Counted from the stretch's first letter, positions 19,261-29,088 are shown. The stretch is DNA of 64,000 nt from Sphingomonadales bacterium (GCA_044506885.1 JBIQKC010000009.1:11197-75196); one strand, 5' to 3'. Notes: generated by a model from the sequence alone, not told the origin. Numbers and translations: made by a program.

Positions 19261-19797
19261 ATGACCAAAACCCTACGCCTCAACGACCTTCAGCTCATCC
19301 TTCTTTCGACCGCCGCGCTGCGCGACGACGGCAGCCTGCTGCCGCCACCGGACAGCATCGGCGAACGTACACCCGTGGTCGACAAGGCCATCAAATCCCT
19401 CCTCCGGCGCGGTCTGGCGGCGGAACCCGATGCATCGAATGTCAGCGATCCTCTCCCAACAGATCGTGATCGTCTGGTCGGTGTTCGGATCACCGCCGCT
19501 GGCCGGGTCGCCATTGGCGCAGATCAGGACGAAGAAGAGGATCGGTCATCCGAAGATCCCGATGAGCAGTCGCGTCCCGAGGCAGAATCTTCATCCCGCC
19601 CGGTCAGCAAGATCGGCACGGTGCTGTCACTCCTTCGGCGCGATGAGGGCGCCACGCTCGACGAGATGGTCGCGGCCACTGGCTGGCTGCCACACACCAC
19701 CCGCGCCGCGCTGACCGGCCTGCGGAAGAAAGGCCATGCCGTCGTGAAGGACAAGCGCGGCGATACGACCTGCTATCGCATCACCATGGAGGCATGA
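19261..19797 (+). CDS. DUF3489 domain protein
   Basis: SKIGTVLSLLRRDEGATLDEMVAATGWLPHTTRAALTGLRKKG; AGGAG RBS. Confidence 0.88.
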   Translation: MTKTLRLNDLQLILLSTAALRDDGSLLPPPDSIGERTPVVDKAIKSLLRRGLAAEPDASNVSDPLPTDRDRLVGVRITAAGRVAIGADQDEEEDRSSEDPDEQSRPEAESSSRPVSKIGTVLSLLRRDEGATLDEMVAATGWLPHTTRAALTGLRKKGHAVVKDKRGDTTCYRITMEA

Positions 19798-20216
19798 TCG
19801 TGGCCGGGCTCGATCATGCGATGCGGGACATCGCGGGCATGTCCCGCACCGAGCTACAGGACCGGTGGGCAAAGCTCACCGGTCGCCCGGTGCCTCGACT
19901 CAGCGTTGCCATGCTGCGGCTCGCTCTGGGCTACGAGATACAGGCCCGGGCGAAGGGCGGCCTGTCGCGCGCTGCCCGGCACCAGCTGGACGGATCGGGT
20001 GATGCTCGCCCGCGTGCGATGCCGCTCACGCCCGGTCTGCGGCTGGTGCGCGAATGGCAGGGCAAAGTGCATGTCGTCACTGTCGATGACGCCGGCGCGA
20101 TCCACTGGAACGGGCAGCGCTGGAAAAGCCTCAGCGAGGTGGCGCGCGCCATCACCGGTACGCGCTGGTCAGGCCCCGCCTTCTTCGGCCTCAAACAGCG
20201 AAAGGCAGTGGCATGA
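19794..20216 (+). CDS. DUF2924 domain protein
   Basis: PGLRLVREWQG..SLSEVARAITGTRWSGPAFFGL. Confidence 0.9.
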   Translation: MIVAGLDHAMRDIAGMSRTELQDRWAKLTGRPVPRLSVAMLRLALGYEIQARAKGGLSRAARHQLDGSGDARPRAMPLTPGLRLVREWQGKVHVVTVDDAGAIHWNGQRWKSLSEVARAITGTRWSGPAFFGLKQRKAVA

Positions 20217-21874
20217 AGAAGGTCCGCTGCGCGATCTACACGCGCAAATCGAGTGAGGAAGGTCTCGAGCAGGACTTCAACTCGCTCCATGCCCAGCGTG
20301 AGGCCTGCGCCGCCTATATCCTCAGCCAGGCCTCCGAAGGCTGGACGCTGCTGCCAGACGAATATGATGACGGTGGATTGTCGGGTGGGACGCTGGAGCG
20401 ACCGGCGCTCCGGCGGCTGATGAGGGACATCGAGGCCGACAGGATCGACATCGTGGTCGTCTACAAGGTCGACCGGCTGAGCCGCTCGCTGCTCGACTTC
20501 GCGAAGCTGGTCGAGACCTTCGACAAGGCGAACGTATCCTTCGTCTCGGTGACCCAGTCCTTCAACACGACCAACAGCATGGGCCGGCTCACGCTCAACA
20601 TGCTGCTCTCCTTCGCCCAGTTCGAACGCGAGGTCACCGCCGAGCGCATCCGCGACAAGATCGCCGCATCCAAGGCTCGCGGCATGTGGATGGGCGGGAA
20701 CCCGCCGCTCGGCTACAAGCCCGATGGCAGGACGCTGGCGATCGTCGATGAGCATGCCGGGATCGTGCGACACATCTTCGCGCGCTACCTCGATCTGGGA
20801 AATGTTCGCCTGGTTGCCGGCGAGCTGGCCAGCGAGGGCATCCTCGCCCCGCAACGCACCGCCGCCACCGGGAGGATGACAGGTGGCCGTCCGTTCACCC
20901 GGGGGCAGATCTACAAGCTCCTCTCCAATCCCATCTACATCGGCGAGATCCATCACAAGGGGCAGGTCCATGCCGGAAAGCATGAGGCGATCATCGATCG
21001 TGCAAGCTGGGACAGCGTCCAGCGGATGCTTGCCGCCAATCTGCAGGGCGAGAGGTCAGGTAGCAGGGCACAGTCGCCCAGCCTGCTTGCGGGCCGCATC
21101 TTCGATCGGCACGGCGAGCCGTTGGTCGCCGTCCATGCCTGCAAAGGGAAAGTCCGCTATCGTTACTATGTGAGCCGGTCACTCCAGCATGACGCAGACC
21201 GGCAGGCCACTAATGGCCTGCGTATCCCAGCGCTGGAGATCGAGGCGGCCGTCAGCCAGCTTCTGGCGGAAGCGCTCGATGATCCGCTATCGCTGCTCGC
21301 GCAAGCAGGGATACCGCTCGAAAGCGATCGTCTGCGCATGATCCTCAAACAGGCCGAGCAGCTGGCAGCTTCCATCCGCGGCAGGCATCGCGATACGATC
21401 CGCAAGCTTGTGGCGAAGGTTAGTGTCCAGCCAGATGAGTTAGCACTCGAACTGTCAGTTATGGCGCTATGTACATCTTGGGCTGTCGAGGCCTCTGCAG
21501 GTACACAGACCTCGATCCTGCTTAACTCGCCGGTCCGTCTGACCCGCACCGGTCGGGCCATCCGGCTGGTCCAGCGCGATGGCCGACCGGCCTCACAGGG
21601 CAGGCCCGATCCCGGCCTCGTCGCGTTGCTGCGCAAGGGACACAGCTGGTGGCAACAGCTTCAGACCGGCATGATCGACATCGCCACCATCGCCCGCGAG
21701 GAAAAGGTCAACGACTCCTGGGTGTCGCGCCTCGTCCGACTGAACTTTCTCGCGCCCGCGATCGTCGAAGCCATCCTCGCCGGGACCCAGACCGCCTCGG
21801 TCAGCGTAACATCTCTACGCACCGCCAATCTGCCGATCGACTGGGACGAGCAGATCGTCCTGTTCGGAATGTGA
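20213..21874 (+). CDS. Large serine recombinase
   Basis: AIYTRKSS, SGG..ERP.L, VYKVDRLSRS, QFEREV..ERI, recombinase domain LSNPIYIG. Confidence 0.95.
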   Translation: MKKVRCAIYTRKSSEEGLEQDFNSLHAQREACAAYILSQASEGWTLLPDEYDDGGLSGGTLERPALRRLMRDIEADRIDIVVVYKVDRLSRSLLDFAKLVETFDKANVSFVSVTQSFNTTNSMGRLTLNMLLSFAQFEREVTAERIRDKIAASKARGMWMGGNPPLGYKPDGRTLAIVDEHAGIVRHIFARYLDLGNVRLVAGELASEGILAPQRTAATGRMTGGRPFTRGQIYKLLSNPIYIGEIHHKGQVHAGKHEAIIDRASWDSVQRMLAANLQGERSGSRAQSPSLLAGRIFDRHGEPLVAVHACKGKVRYRYYVSRSLQHDADRQATNGLRIPALEIEAAVSQLLAEALDDPLSLLAQAGIPLESDRLRMILKQAEQLAASIRGRHRDTIRKLVAKVSVQPDELALELSVMALCTSWAVEASAGTQTSILLNSPVRLTRTGRAIRLVQRDGRPASQGRPDPGLVALLRKGHSWWQQLQTGMIDIATIAREEKVNDSWVSRLVRLNFLAPAIVEAILAGTQTASVSVTSLRTANLPIDWDEQIVLFGM

Positions 21875-21960
21875 TGAATCACCGCGAGTCACGATACCTG
21901 CGGCGCTTCGGCGCCGCTTTGCGCTTCCGGACCAGCAGAAGCAGTCCATGCTGCAACCTC

Positions 21961-22146
21961 ACTCTGTACCGCCAAAATGGCCGACAGAGAAAAGGCCGTC
22001 GGAGCGACCAATTGTTGCTCCAGCTACGCTCTCCGCAGACCGTACCATCTCCGCAAGCGGCGCGGAACCACGCGCCTTTCGGCAAGAGGAAAAATAATTC
22101 TATATCGATGACTTATGTATGGCGGAGGGAAAGAGATTCGAAACTC
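21961..22146. repeat. Imperfect direct repeat copy A (att arm plus degenerate tRNA 3' end)
   Basis: Shares GAGCGACCAA.TGTTGCTCCAG.TACGCTCTCCGCAGACCG..CTCCGCAA.CGGCGCGGAAC and TGGCGGAG..GATTCGAA with copy B. Confidence 0.85.
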
Positions 22147-22352
22147 CAGACTGGAGTCGTGTAACCCACGGAAATCACGCGATAATATAGGCCTGCATCC
22201 GCCAATCCGGTCTGTGTCGCAGACCTCCTGCCAGGCAATAAGTCCGCACCGAGAGATTTCCGTGCTCTGCAACAGATCGGTTCCAGGATTACCATCTCTG
22301 GTGGATCGGAGCCCTCCCGCGATCGCGCGCATGATGCACCATCGCTCCGGCC

Positions 22353-22537
22353 ACTCCGTACTGCCGAAATGAGCGACGGAGAAAAAGCCGTTAGAGCGAC
22401 CAAATGTTGCTCCAGATACGCTCTCCGCAGACCGGAGCACCTCCGCAAACGGCGCGGAACTGCGCCACTTTTCGGAGCATTTTCCTTTTATATCAAAGAC
22501 TTAGATATATGTGGCGGAGAGGGTGGGATTCGAACCC
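22353..22537. repeat. Imperfect direct repeat copy B, running into the tRNA-Ser 3' end
   Basis: Aligned by eye with 21961-22146. Confidence 0.85.
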
Positions 22538-22601
22538 ACGTTACGGTTGCCCGTAAACCGCATTTCGAGTGCGGCGCATTCGACCTCTCTGCCACCTCTC
22601 C
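22512..22601 (-). tRNA. tRNA-Ser(CGA)
   Basis: 90 nt; GGAGAGG acceptor stem, CCGCA-CTCGAAA-TGCGG anticodon arm, long variable arm, GGTTCGAATCC, encoded CCA. Confidence 0.97.
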
Positions 22602-22805
22602 GCGAAGGGCGCGGGCGCGGTGGAGGCGCCCGGTCGGTCAGGAGCGCGGCGGTTAGCCGAAGGGCTGCGCCTTGCCAAGCCCGTCCGGAGCATTTGTCGA
22701 AGGCCCTGTTCCGAGCTTTTGTGGAGGGCTTCATCCTTCGGCCAATCGCGCCGCCCCGTGTCGTCGCCGAATTGGGGCCGAATTGGGGATTGCCCGGAAG
22801 GGAGC

Positions 22806-22834
22806 CTTGCCCGACGGCTCATGCATTCTTATTT
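22806..22834 (+). promoter_or_regulatory. RpoH (sigma32)-type promoter of hspQ
   Basis: CTTG-N18-CTTATTT matches the alphaproteobacterial CTTG-N17/18-CYTATNT consensus. Confidence 0.55.
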
Positions 22835-22841
22835 CAACGAC

Positions 22842-23222
22842 ATGGAACGATCGCAGTTCTACTCGCCGCAAGCCGGCCGCAGAATCGAGGCGCCCCGCCA
22901 TTCGGAAGCGCGCTTCGCGATTGGCGATGTGGTGCGCCATCGCTTGTTCGACTTTCGCGGGGTGGTATTCGATATCGATCCGGTCTTCGCCAACAGCGAG
23001 GAATGGTACGAAGCGATTCCCGAGGGCGTCCGGCCCGATCGCAACCAGCCGTTCTATCACCTGCTGGCCGAGAACGACGATGCCTCCTACGTCGCCTATT
23101 GCAGCCAGCAGAACCTGATGAACGACGGTGAGGGCGGGCCGATAGACCACCCCAGCTTGCAGCAGCTGTTCGACGGCTTTCGCGGCGGCCGCTATCGCCT
23201 GCGCCGCAGTCTGACGCACTGA
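22842..23222 (+). CDS. hspQ: Heat shock protein HspQ
   Basis: FAIGDVVRHRLFDFRGVVFDIDP..QPFYHLLAEN. Confidence 0.92.
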   Translation: MERSQFYSPQAGRRIEAPRHSEARFAIGDVVRHRLFDFRGVVFDIDPVFANSEEWYEAIPEGVRPDRNQPFYHLLAENDDASYVAYCSQQNLMNDGEGGPIDHPSLQQLFDGFRGGRYRLRRSLTH

Positions 23223-23250
23223 CACGCCGTGTTTCGGCGCCCGCCGCGCC

Positions 23251-24165
23251 TCAGCTCTTGATCTTCCATCCGCTTTTCAGAACGCGATAGGTCGCGAACC
23301 CGAGAGCCAGGTTGATCGCCCCGGCCCCGATCGCGGCGACGATCACCGCCTCGTTGGTGTTGCCGATGTCGCTCTGGCCGATAAAGCCGAAGCGGAAGCC
23401 CGAGATCATGTAGAAAAACGGGTTCAGCCGGCTGATCGCCTGAAACGCCGGCGACAGGTTGTGGATGACGTAGAAGGTGCCCGACAGCAGCGAGAGCGGC
23501 GCGACGACGAAATTGGTCACCGCCGCGGCGTGATCGAACTTTTCGGCCCACAGGCTGGTCAGCAACCCCATCAGCGCCAGCATTGTCGCGCCCATCAGCC
23601 CGAACCATGCGATCGCCCAGGGATGCGCCGCCATCATGTCGACGCCCGGCCACAGGGCCATCGCCAGCGCCACCGCGCCGCCGACCATGAGAGCGCGGGT
23701 AATGGCGGCGGCGACGATGCCGATCATCAGTTCGGCCTCGCTCAGCGGCGGCATCAGCAGGTCGATGATCGTCCCCTGGAGCTTGCCCGTCAGCAGCGAG
23801 AAGCTGGAATTGGCGAAGGCGTTTTGCATCATGCCCATCATGATCAGGCCCGGAGCGACGAAGGTGGCGAAGGACACGCCCAGTATCTCGCCGCCTGCGC
23901 GCCCCCCCGAACGGCCGAGGGCCACCGAGAAGATGATGAGGAACAGCAGCGTGGTGATGGCAGGCGCCCAGACAGTCTGCGTCTGGACCTTGAGAAACCG
24001 CCGCACCTCCTTCATATAGAGGCTCCACAGCCCGATCCGGTTAAAGCCGGTGATCTGGGGCTGCCCCTTGGGCGGAAACCTGCGCCCGGCACTTGCAGCG
24101 GGGTCGACGAATTCTCGCGCTTCTCCGGTGGAGTCCGGCGTGGCGACTGGGGCTTGATCGACCAT
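23251..24165 (-). CDS. ABC-2 transporter permease (YadH-like)
   Basis: KEVRRF..QT..P, FVAPGLIMMGMMQNAF, LNPFFYMISGFR. Confidence 0.9.
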   Translation of the reverse strand: MVDQAPVATPDSTGEAREFVDPAASAGRRFPPKGQPQITGFNRIGLWSLYMKEVRRFLKVQTQTVWAPAITTLLFLIIFSVALGRSGGRAGGEILGVSFATFVAPGLIMMGMMQNAFANSSFSLLTGKLQGTIIDLLMPPLSEAELMIGIVAAAITRALMVGGAVALAMALWPGVDMMAAHPWAIAWFGLMGATMLALMGLLTSLWAEKFDHAAAVTNFVVAPLSLLSGTFYVIHNLSPAFQAISRLNPFFYMISGFRFGFIGQSDIGNTNEAVIVAAIGAGAINLALGFATYRVLKSGWKIKS

Positions 24166-24243
24166 GCGGGGCGACTATCGGCCCCGGCTCGTGCTGGCAA
24201 GACGGCGCGCGGATTCGCCCCGCAGACGAATGATGGATACCGA

Positions 24244-24927
24244 ATGAGCTGGACCGACGAACGTATCGCCACGCTGACCAAGATGTGGGAAAGCGGCGCA
24301 ACCGCGAGCCAGATCGCCGACGAGCTCGGCGGCGTTTCGCGCAACGCCGTGATCGGCAAGGCGCACCGGCTCGGGCTCAAGGCGCGTCCGTCGCCGGTCA
24401 AGGCGAACGATGCCAAGCCCGCGCCCCGTGCGAAGGATGCCGATCCCAAGCCGGTCGCGGCCAAGCCAGCTGCGCCGCGTCCCGCGCCGAAGCCCGCCGC
24501 TCCGCGCGCCGAGAGCCAGGCCGAGGAACGCCGCACGTCGGCGGCCCCGGCAACGCCGAGCCAGCCGCTGCCCAACCCGACGCCCGAGCTTCCGCGCGTG
24601 GTCTCGGTCGGTCCCGGCGGTTTCCTGCGCCAGGGCCCCGGTGACCAGCAGGCCCCCATTCCGCCGGCGCCGCCGCGCCGCCTTGTGCCCGCCAAGCCGA
24701 GCCCGGAGATCGCCGACAAGACGAGCCTGCTCGACCTCAACGACCGCGTCTGCCGCTGGCCGATGGGCCACCCAGGCGAGCCGGACTTCCATTTCTGCGG
24801 CGCCAAGGTGAATCCCGGCTTCCCCTATTGCGTCGAGCACTGCGGCCGCGCCTATCAGGCGCAGTTGCCGCGCGGCGCCCGCCGCCCCCCGCCGCCGATG
24901 CCGTTCGGCGGGCCGCGCGTACGCTGA
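24244..24927 (+). CDS. gcrA: Cell cycle regulator GcrA
   Basis: MSWTDER..SRNAVIGKAHRLGL; CRWPMGHP..FHFCG..YCVEH. Confidence 0.95.
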   Translation: MSWTDERIATLTKMWESGATASQIADELGGVSRNAVIGKAHRLGLKARPSPVKANDAKPAPRAKDADPKPVAAKPAAPRPAPKPAAPRAESQAEERRTSAAPATPSQPLPNPTPELPRVVSVGPGGFLRQGPGDQQAPIPPAPPRRLVPAKPSPEIADKTSLLDLNDRVCRWPMGHPGEPDFHFCGAKVNPGFPYCVEHCGRAYQAQLPRGARRPPPPMPFGGPRVR

Positions 24928-24951
24928 CCGGCCGGCGAACGCCTGTTCCGA

Positions 24952-26289
24952 TCAACCCCGGCGCGTGACCCGGGGGACCGGACGGTCGACGATGATCGCG
25001 GCGGCGGAAATCAGCGCCGCCGCGACGACGAGCACGGAGAAGAACGGCAGCAGGCTGCCTCCTCCGAGATCTATCAGCCAGCCGCCGAACCCGGTCGCCG
25101 CAATCGCCCCGATGCGACCGACGAAAATGCCGAAACCGATCCCCGCCGAACGGCACGACGCCGGATAGGCGTGAGTCATCACGGCGTAGAAGCTCGCAAT
25201 CGAAGCGCTGAACAGCGCCGCCGACAGACCGTACAGCGAAACGACCGCCAGCTGTTCGCTGCTGCTGGGTGCGCTGCTCATGCCTTCGAGGACGAATGCG
25301 AAAACTACCAGCGTCGCCGCGAGACTGACGCTGAGGGAGCCGATCACCAGGCGTGAGCCGAGCTGCTGCACCAGCAGTCCGACCGCCACCGAAGCGATCA
25401 TCGAGGTTATGCCGCCGACCGCGACCGTGTACGATGCCTCGGCGAGCGAGAAGCCCTTCGCGGTAAGGAACGTCGTGCCCCAGTTGAGCATGCCGTAGGC
25501 GATCAGCGTCGCGGCCGCGAAGGCGATGCCGATGCCCAAGTTGAGCCGCCGGTTGCTGGCGTCGAGCACGCCGATGGACCCGGCGGCGGTGTCGGTCATA
25601 TGCCGCTCGGGAACCAGCTCCACGTCCTGATCGAGCAGCTTGCGCGCGACTGCGCGCGCCTGATCCGGCTTGCCCCGGCCAAGCAGGAACGAAGGACTGT
25701 CGCGGAGCACGGCCACGATCAGCACGACCACCACCAGGGTCGAGAGGCCGACCACGACGAACGTGCCTCGCCAGCCGTATATGTCGAGCAGCGTGGGCGC
25801 GAGCGCGGCCACGACGAGGCCGCCCGCCGGCGTGCCAACCGACAGCGTGGTGACGCCCACCGGCCGCCACTTGTCGGGCAACCATTCGCCGGCAAGCGCG
25901 ATGGCGTTGGCATAGGCCGATCCGAAGCCCAGTCCGCCGACCAGCCGCCAGGCGGCCATCTGCCACACGTCTGTCGACCAGCTCGCGCCAACCGTCGCCA
26001 GCGCGAACACCACCGTGGCCAGCGCCAGCGACCAGCGCCGGCCGATCGTGTCGCCGAGCCAGCCGCCCGCCCACGAGCCAATCCCGAACCCGACCAGCGC
26101 GGCGCCCATCGCCCAGCCGAACGTCGTTCGGTCGACCGCGAATTCCTCGATCACGATCGGCGCGACGATGCCGAGGAGTTGCGCGTCCATTCCATCCGCG
26201 ATCAGCACCAGCATGCAGACCACGAAGGTCGCGACCGAGAACGCCCGCAGCGGCTGACGCGAGATCGCCTCGCTGAATGAACTCGCCAA
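24952..26289 (-). CDS. MFS transporter, aromatic acid:H+ symporter-like
   Basis: DGMD in TM1, GWLGDTIGRR motif A; TTG start with GGAGG RBS. Confidence 0.88.
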   Translation of the reverse strand: MASSFSEAISRQPLRAFSVATFVVCMLVLIADGMDAQLLGIVAPIVIEEFAVDRTTFGWAMGAALVGFGIGSWAGGWLGDTIGRRWSLALATVVFALATVGASWSTDVWQMAAWRLVGGLGFGSAYANAIALAGEWLPDKWRPVGVTTLSVGTPAGGLVVAALAPTLLDIYGWRGTFVVVGLSTLVVVVLIVAVLRDSPSFLLGRGKPDQARAVARKLLDQDVELVPERHMTDTAAGSIGVLDASNRRLNLGIGIAFAAATLIAYGMLNWGTTFLTAKGFSLAEASYTVAVGGITSMIASVAVGLLVQQLGSRLVIGSLSVSLAATLVVFAFVLEGMSSAPSSSEQLAVVSLYGLSAALFSASIASFYAVMTHAYPASCRSAGIGFGIFVGRIGAIAATGFGGWLIDLGGGSLLPFFSVLVVAAALISAAAIIVDRPVPRVTRRG

Positions 26290-26646
26290 GCTGTCCTCCC
26301 CGTTTTGGTTTGCGGCAGGGATGCCATGCGCTCCCGCGGCTGGGAAGCCCGAATGACGCGGCCTCCGCGTCAGGCAGTGATTCGCGCCCAAAGCGTCATT
26401 CGACCGCACCCGACCGATCGTGGCAGCAATACGACCAGTTGCAGGAACACGCATGACCGTGTGCCGTTCAACCGAACAACGCCACAACTTGCCGTAGTTT
26501 ATTTGCGATTTCAGACAGGTACTCCAAATCTGACATCGAGAGAGATATTCAAATTGTAGAATCTCGTATCCCGGTACCTGCTTCCACTATTTTTATCATA
26601 TCTCATAATTTTAAGAAATTAACCTGTTCGTCTGAAATTCAGGAGA

Positions 26647-27141
26647 ATGATCATGAAAAAGTTTTCTATCCCCATCCTTGGCCTTACTCTGGCCGCGACG
26701 GCTGCCTATGCTCAGGACGTGCCCGGTGACGAACTGCCCCCGCCGGACAGCAGTGTGACGAGCCCGGCCGATCCCGCCGGACCGCCTCCCGCCGATCCGG
26801 CGGCGCCTCCGCCGGCCGACGCCCTGCCGCCCGAACCGGCTCCTGCCGATGCCCTGCCGCCCGAGCCGGGCGCGGAGGACCCCGGCGACGTCTCCGCCGG
26901 CGCGTTCACCGACGCGGAGATCGACAGCTTCGCCAAGGCGACCGTGGCGGTGCAGGAAATCGACGCCGATGCGACGCTCGACGTCCAGGCGAAGCAGGAG
27001 CAGATGGCCAGCGCCGTCACCGACGCCGGCCTCAATCCGGCCAAGTACAATGAAATCGGTCAGGCGCTTGCCACGGACACGGAACTGCGCGCCAAGGTGC
27101 AGACCGCGATGGCCCGCCACGCAACCCCCAGCGACGGCTAA
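26647..27141 (+). CDS. Secreted Pro-rich DUF4168-like protein
   Basis: Signal peptide, PADALPPEP twice, FTDAEIDSFAKA..GL...YNEI. Confidence 0.8.
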   Translation: MIMKKFSIPILGLTLAATAAYAQDVPGDELPPPDSSVTSPADPAGPPPADPAAPPPADALPPEPAPADALPPEPGAEDPGDVSAGAFTDAEIDSFAKATVAVQEIDADATLDVQAKQEQMASAVTDAGLNPAKYNEIGQALATDTELRAKVQTAMARHATPSDG

Positions 27142-27161
27142 GACCTAGTCGATCGCTAACC

Positions 27162-27202
27162 GAGAGACCGCGCGGCGGGGGACATCCCGCCGCGCGGTTC
27201 TC
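27162..27202. terminator. Hairpin terminator between convergent genes
   Basis: ACCGCGCGGCGGG / CCCGCCGCGCGGT stem. Confidence 0.75.
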
Positions 27203-27212
27203 TTGTGCAGGC

Positions 27213-28163
27213 TCACTGCCCTCCGGCCGGGCTCATCGAACCGAGATCGAGCGCGAATTCGCCCTCTTTCCTCTCCGGAACCGGGCGATTGCCGGGAGCC
27301 ATCAGGTTGCGGACCATTTCCGCGCGCATGGTTTCGAACTTGACCCGCCCTGGCGTGGGCTCATCGGCCGGGAAAGCATCCTCGATCTCGCGATGACGCT
27401 GCTTCACTTCGTCGAGGAACTCGCGGTTGGTGAAGATGTAGAAGCGGTTTTCCCTGATCGCTTCCGCCACCGCCTTGCCGGTGTCGTAGGGATCGATCGC
27501 CCCGCGCATCGCATCCCACAGGTCCTTCATGAACTGCGGCGCGCCTTCTTCCTTGATGTTTTCCGGATCGTCCTCAGGCAAGGGGACGATGGCGGTGCGC
27601 GTCGCGCCGGGGAACAGGCACGAAACGCCGATCCCTTCCTTGGCGAGCTGGATCCGCAGGCTCTCCGAAAAGCCGCGCACCGCATACTTGGCGGTCGAAT
27701 AGGCGGCGAGGCCCGGCAACGGCACGACGCCCGCCATGGAGCTGGTATTGACGATATGCCCGCCCTCGCCCTGCTTGCGGATGATCGGGGCGATGATCTT
27801 CGTCCCGTTGATCACGCCGCCGAGGTTGATTGCCATTACGCGGTCCCATTCGTCGAAGTTCTCGCTGGCCGCCGTGCCGCCGCCGTTCACGCCGGCGTTG
27901 TTGCACAGCACGTGGATCCTGCCGAACGCCTCCAGCGTTTCCTCGGCGGCATTGCGCAGGCTTTCGCGCGCGGCGACGTCTGTCTTGACGAAATGCACTG
28001 CGTTGCTGCCGGCCAGCTTTTCCTTCGCCTGCGCGATATGTTCGTCGCTCCAGTCGGCGAGGCTGACTTTCATGCCCTCGTCGAGGAACGCGCGCGCCAT
28101 GCCGAGGCCGATGCCGCTGGCCCCGCCGGTGATGAAGGCGACCTTGCCGGTCAGATGTTCCAT
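27213..28163 (-). CDS. Short-chain dehydrogenase (SDR)
   Basis: TGGASGIG, NNAG, YSTAK. Confidence 0.92.
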   Translation of the reverse strand: MEHLTGKVAFITGGASGIGLGMARAFLDEGMKVSLADWSDEHIAQAKEKLAGSNAVHFVKTDVAARESLRNAAEETLEAFGRIHVLCNNAGVNGGGTAASENFDEWDRVMAINLGGVINGTKIIAPIIRKQGEGGHIVNTSSMAGVVPLPGLAAYSTAKYAVRGFSESLRIQLAKEGIGVSCLFPGATRTAIVPLPEDDPENIKEEGAPQFMKDLWDAMRGAIDPYDTGKAVAEAIRENRFYIFTNREFLDEVKQRHREIEDAFPADEPTPGRVKFETMRAEMVRNLMAPGNRPVPERKEGEFALDLGSMSPAGGQ

Positions 28164-28207
28164 TCTCTTCCCTCTTGTTTCCCTTCTCCACGATCGGAGA
28201 AGAAGCG

Positions 28208-29077
28208 TCACTCGTCGCGGAACTGCCCGAAATCGGGCGCTTCCTCGACCGTATCGGGCGTTGCCGCCAGCACCGCCTCCGCCCGTGCGCGCATCGCGTC
28301 CTTATAGAACCCATGCGTCACGATGTAGGTCGTGTCGTCGAGGATGCCTTGGGCCACCAGTTCGCCCGCCTGCTCCGGCTCCATCCAGTTATCGCCGACG
28401 ATGCGGCGGCCGAGCCGCGCCTCGCTCGCCTTGTAGCCGCTGCCCTCCAGCAGGTGCGCCGGGCGGTTCTGCTGCGTCTCGTGAATGTTCGATTTGACCG
28501 GGCCCGGCAGCAGGATCGACACGCCGATGCCCTTCTCCGCCAGCGCCGGCTTCACCGCCTCGCAATAGTGGCACACGGCCGCCTTGCTCGCGGCATAGAT
28601 CGCCAGGTGCTCGGGCATCACGACTTCGGCGGCGAGGCTCGCAGTCGATACGATATGCCCGCCGCGCCCATGTGCGGCCATCTGCGGCAGGAACTCGACG
28701 AAGCCGTTGATCACTCCGCCGACATTGACGCCGAAGCCGAAGTCGTAATCGGCATAGGTCGCTTCGAGCACCGGCCCTTCGAGCCCGACGCCGGCGTTGT
28801 TGACCAGGATGTCGATCCCGCCGAATTGGTCCTGCATCCGCCCCGCCGCCTCGCGATAGGCTTCGCGGTTGGTGACGTCGAGTTGGAGCGCGGAAACCTG
28901 GTTCGACCCCCCGCCCCCGGCGAATTCCGCCAGCGCCGCGTCGATATGATCCTGCCGCAGATCCGCCAGCACCACTTGCGCCCCGCGTCCGGCAAGCGCC
29001 TTGGCGATGCCGAGCCCGATCCCGCTGGCGCCGCCGGTGATGAATGCGGTCTTTCCCTCGAATGTACTGATCGCCAT
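28208..29077 (-). CDS. SDR resembling the LigD/LigO-type Calpha-dehydrogenase family
   Basis: TGGASGIG, ADLRQDH, LDVTNREAY, YAASK. Confidence 0.88.
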   Translation of the reverse strand: MAISTFEGKTAFITGGASGIGLGIAKALAGRGAQVVLADLRQDHIDAALAEFAGGGGSNQVSALQLDVTNREAYREAAGRMQDQFGGIDILVNNAGVGLEGPVLEATYADYDFGFGVNVGGVINGFVEFLPQMAAHGRGGHIVSTASLAAEVVMPEHLAIYAASKAAVCHYCEAVKPALAEKGIGVSILLPGPVKSNIHETQQNRPAHLLEGSGYKASEARLGRRIVGDNWMEPEQAGELVAQGILDDTTYIVTHGFYKDAMRARAEAVLAATPDTVEEAPDFGQFRDE

Positions 29078-29088
29078 CGTCTCTCCAG

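Larger units (their letters stand above)
1178..22511. mobile_element. tRNA-Ser-integrated island (serine recombinase/DUF2924/DUF3489 plus methyltransferase/terminase) carrying defence-like cargo; left boundary uncertain
   Basis: Abuts the tRNA 3' end; recombinase next to the att region; degenerate tRNA-end copy at 22120; RM and nuclease cargo; visibly less GC-biased than the core. Confidence 0.8.

Noticed and set aside
22120..22146. Possible second tRNA
   Set aside because: Only a degenerate 3' fragment with no anticodon or D arm; treated as an att scar
26490..26646. AT-rich patch as a CtrA box or replication origin
   Set aside because: TTAA spacing is 4 nt, not 7, and no DnaA boxes were seen; likely an ordinary divergent promoter region
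26812..26871. 30-nt tandem repeat
   Set aside because: In-frame Pro-rich linker duplication (PADALPPEP); not a CRISPR array
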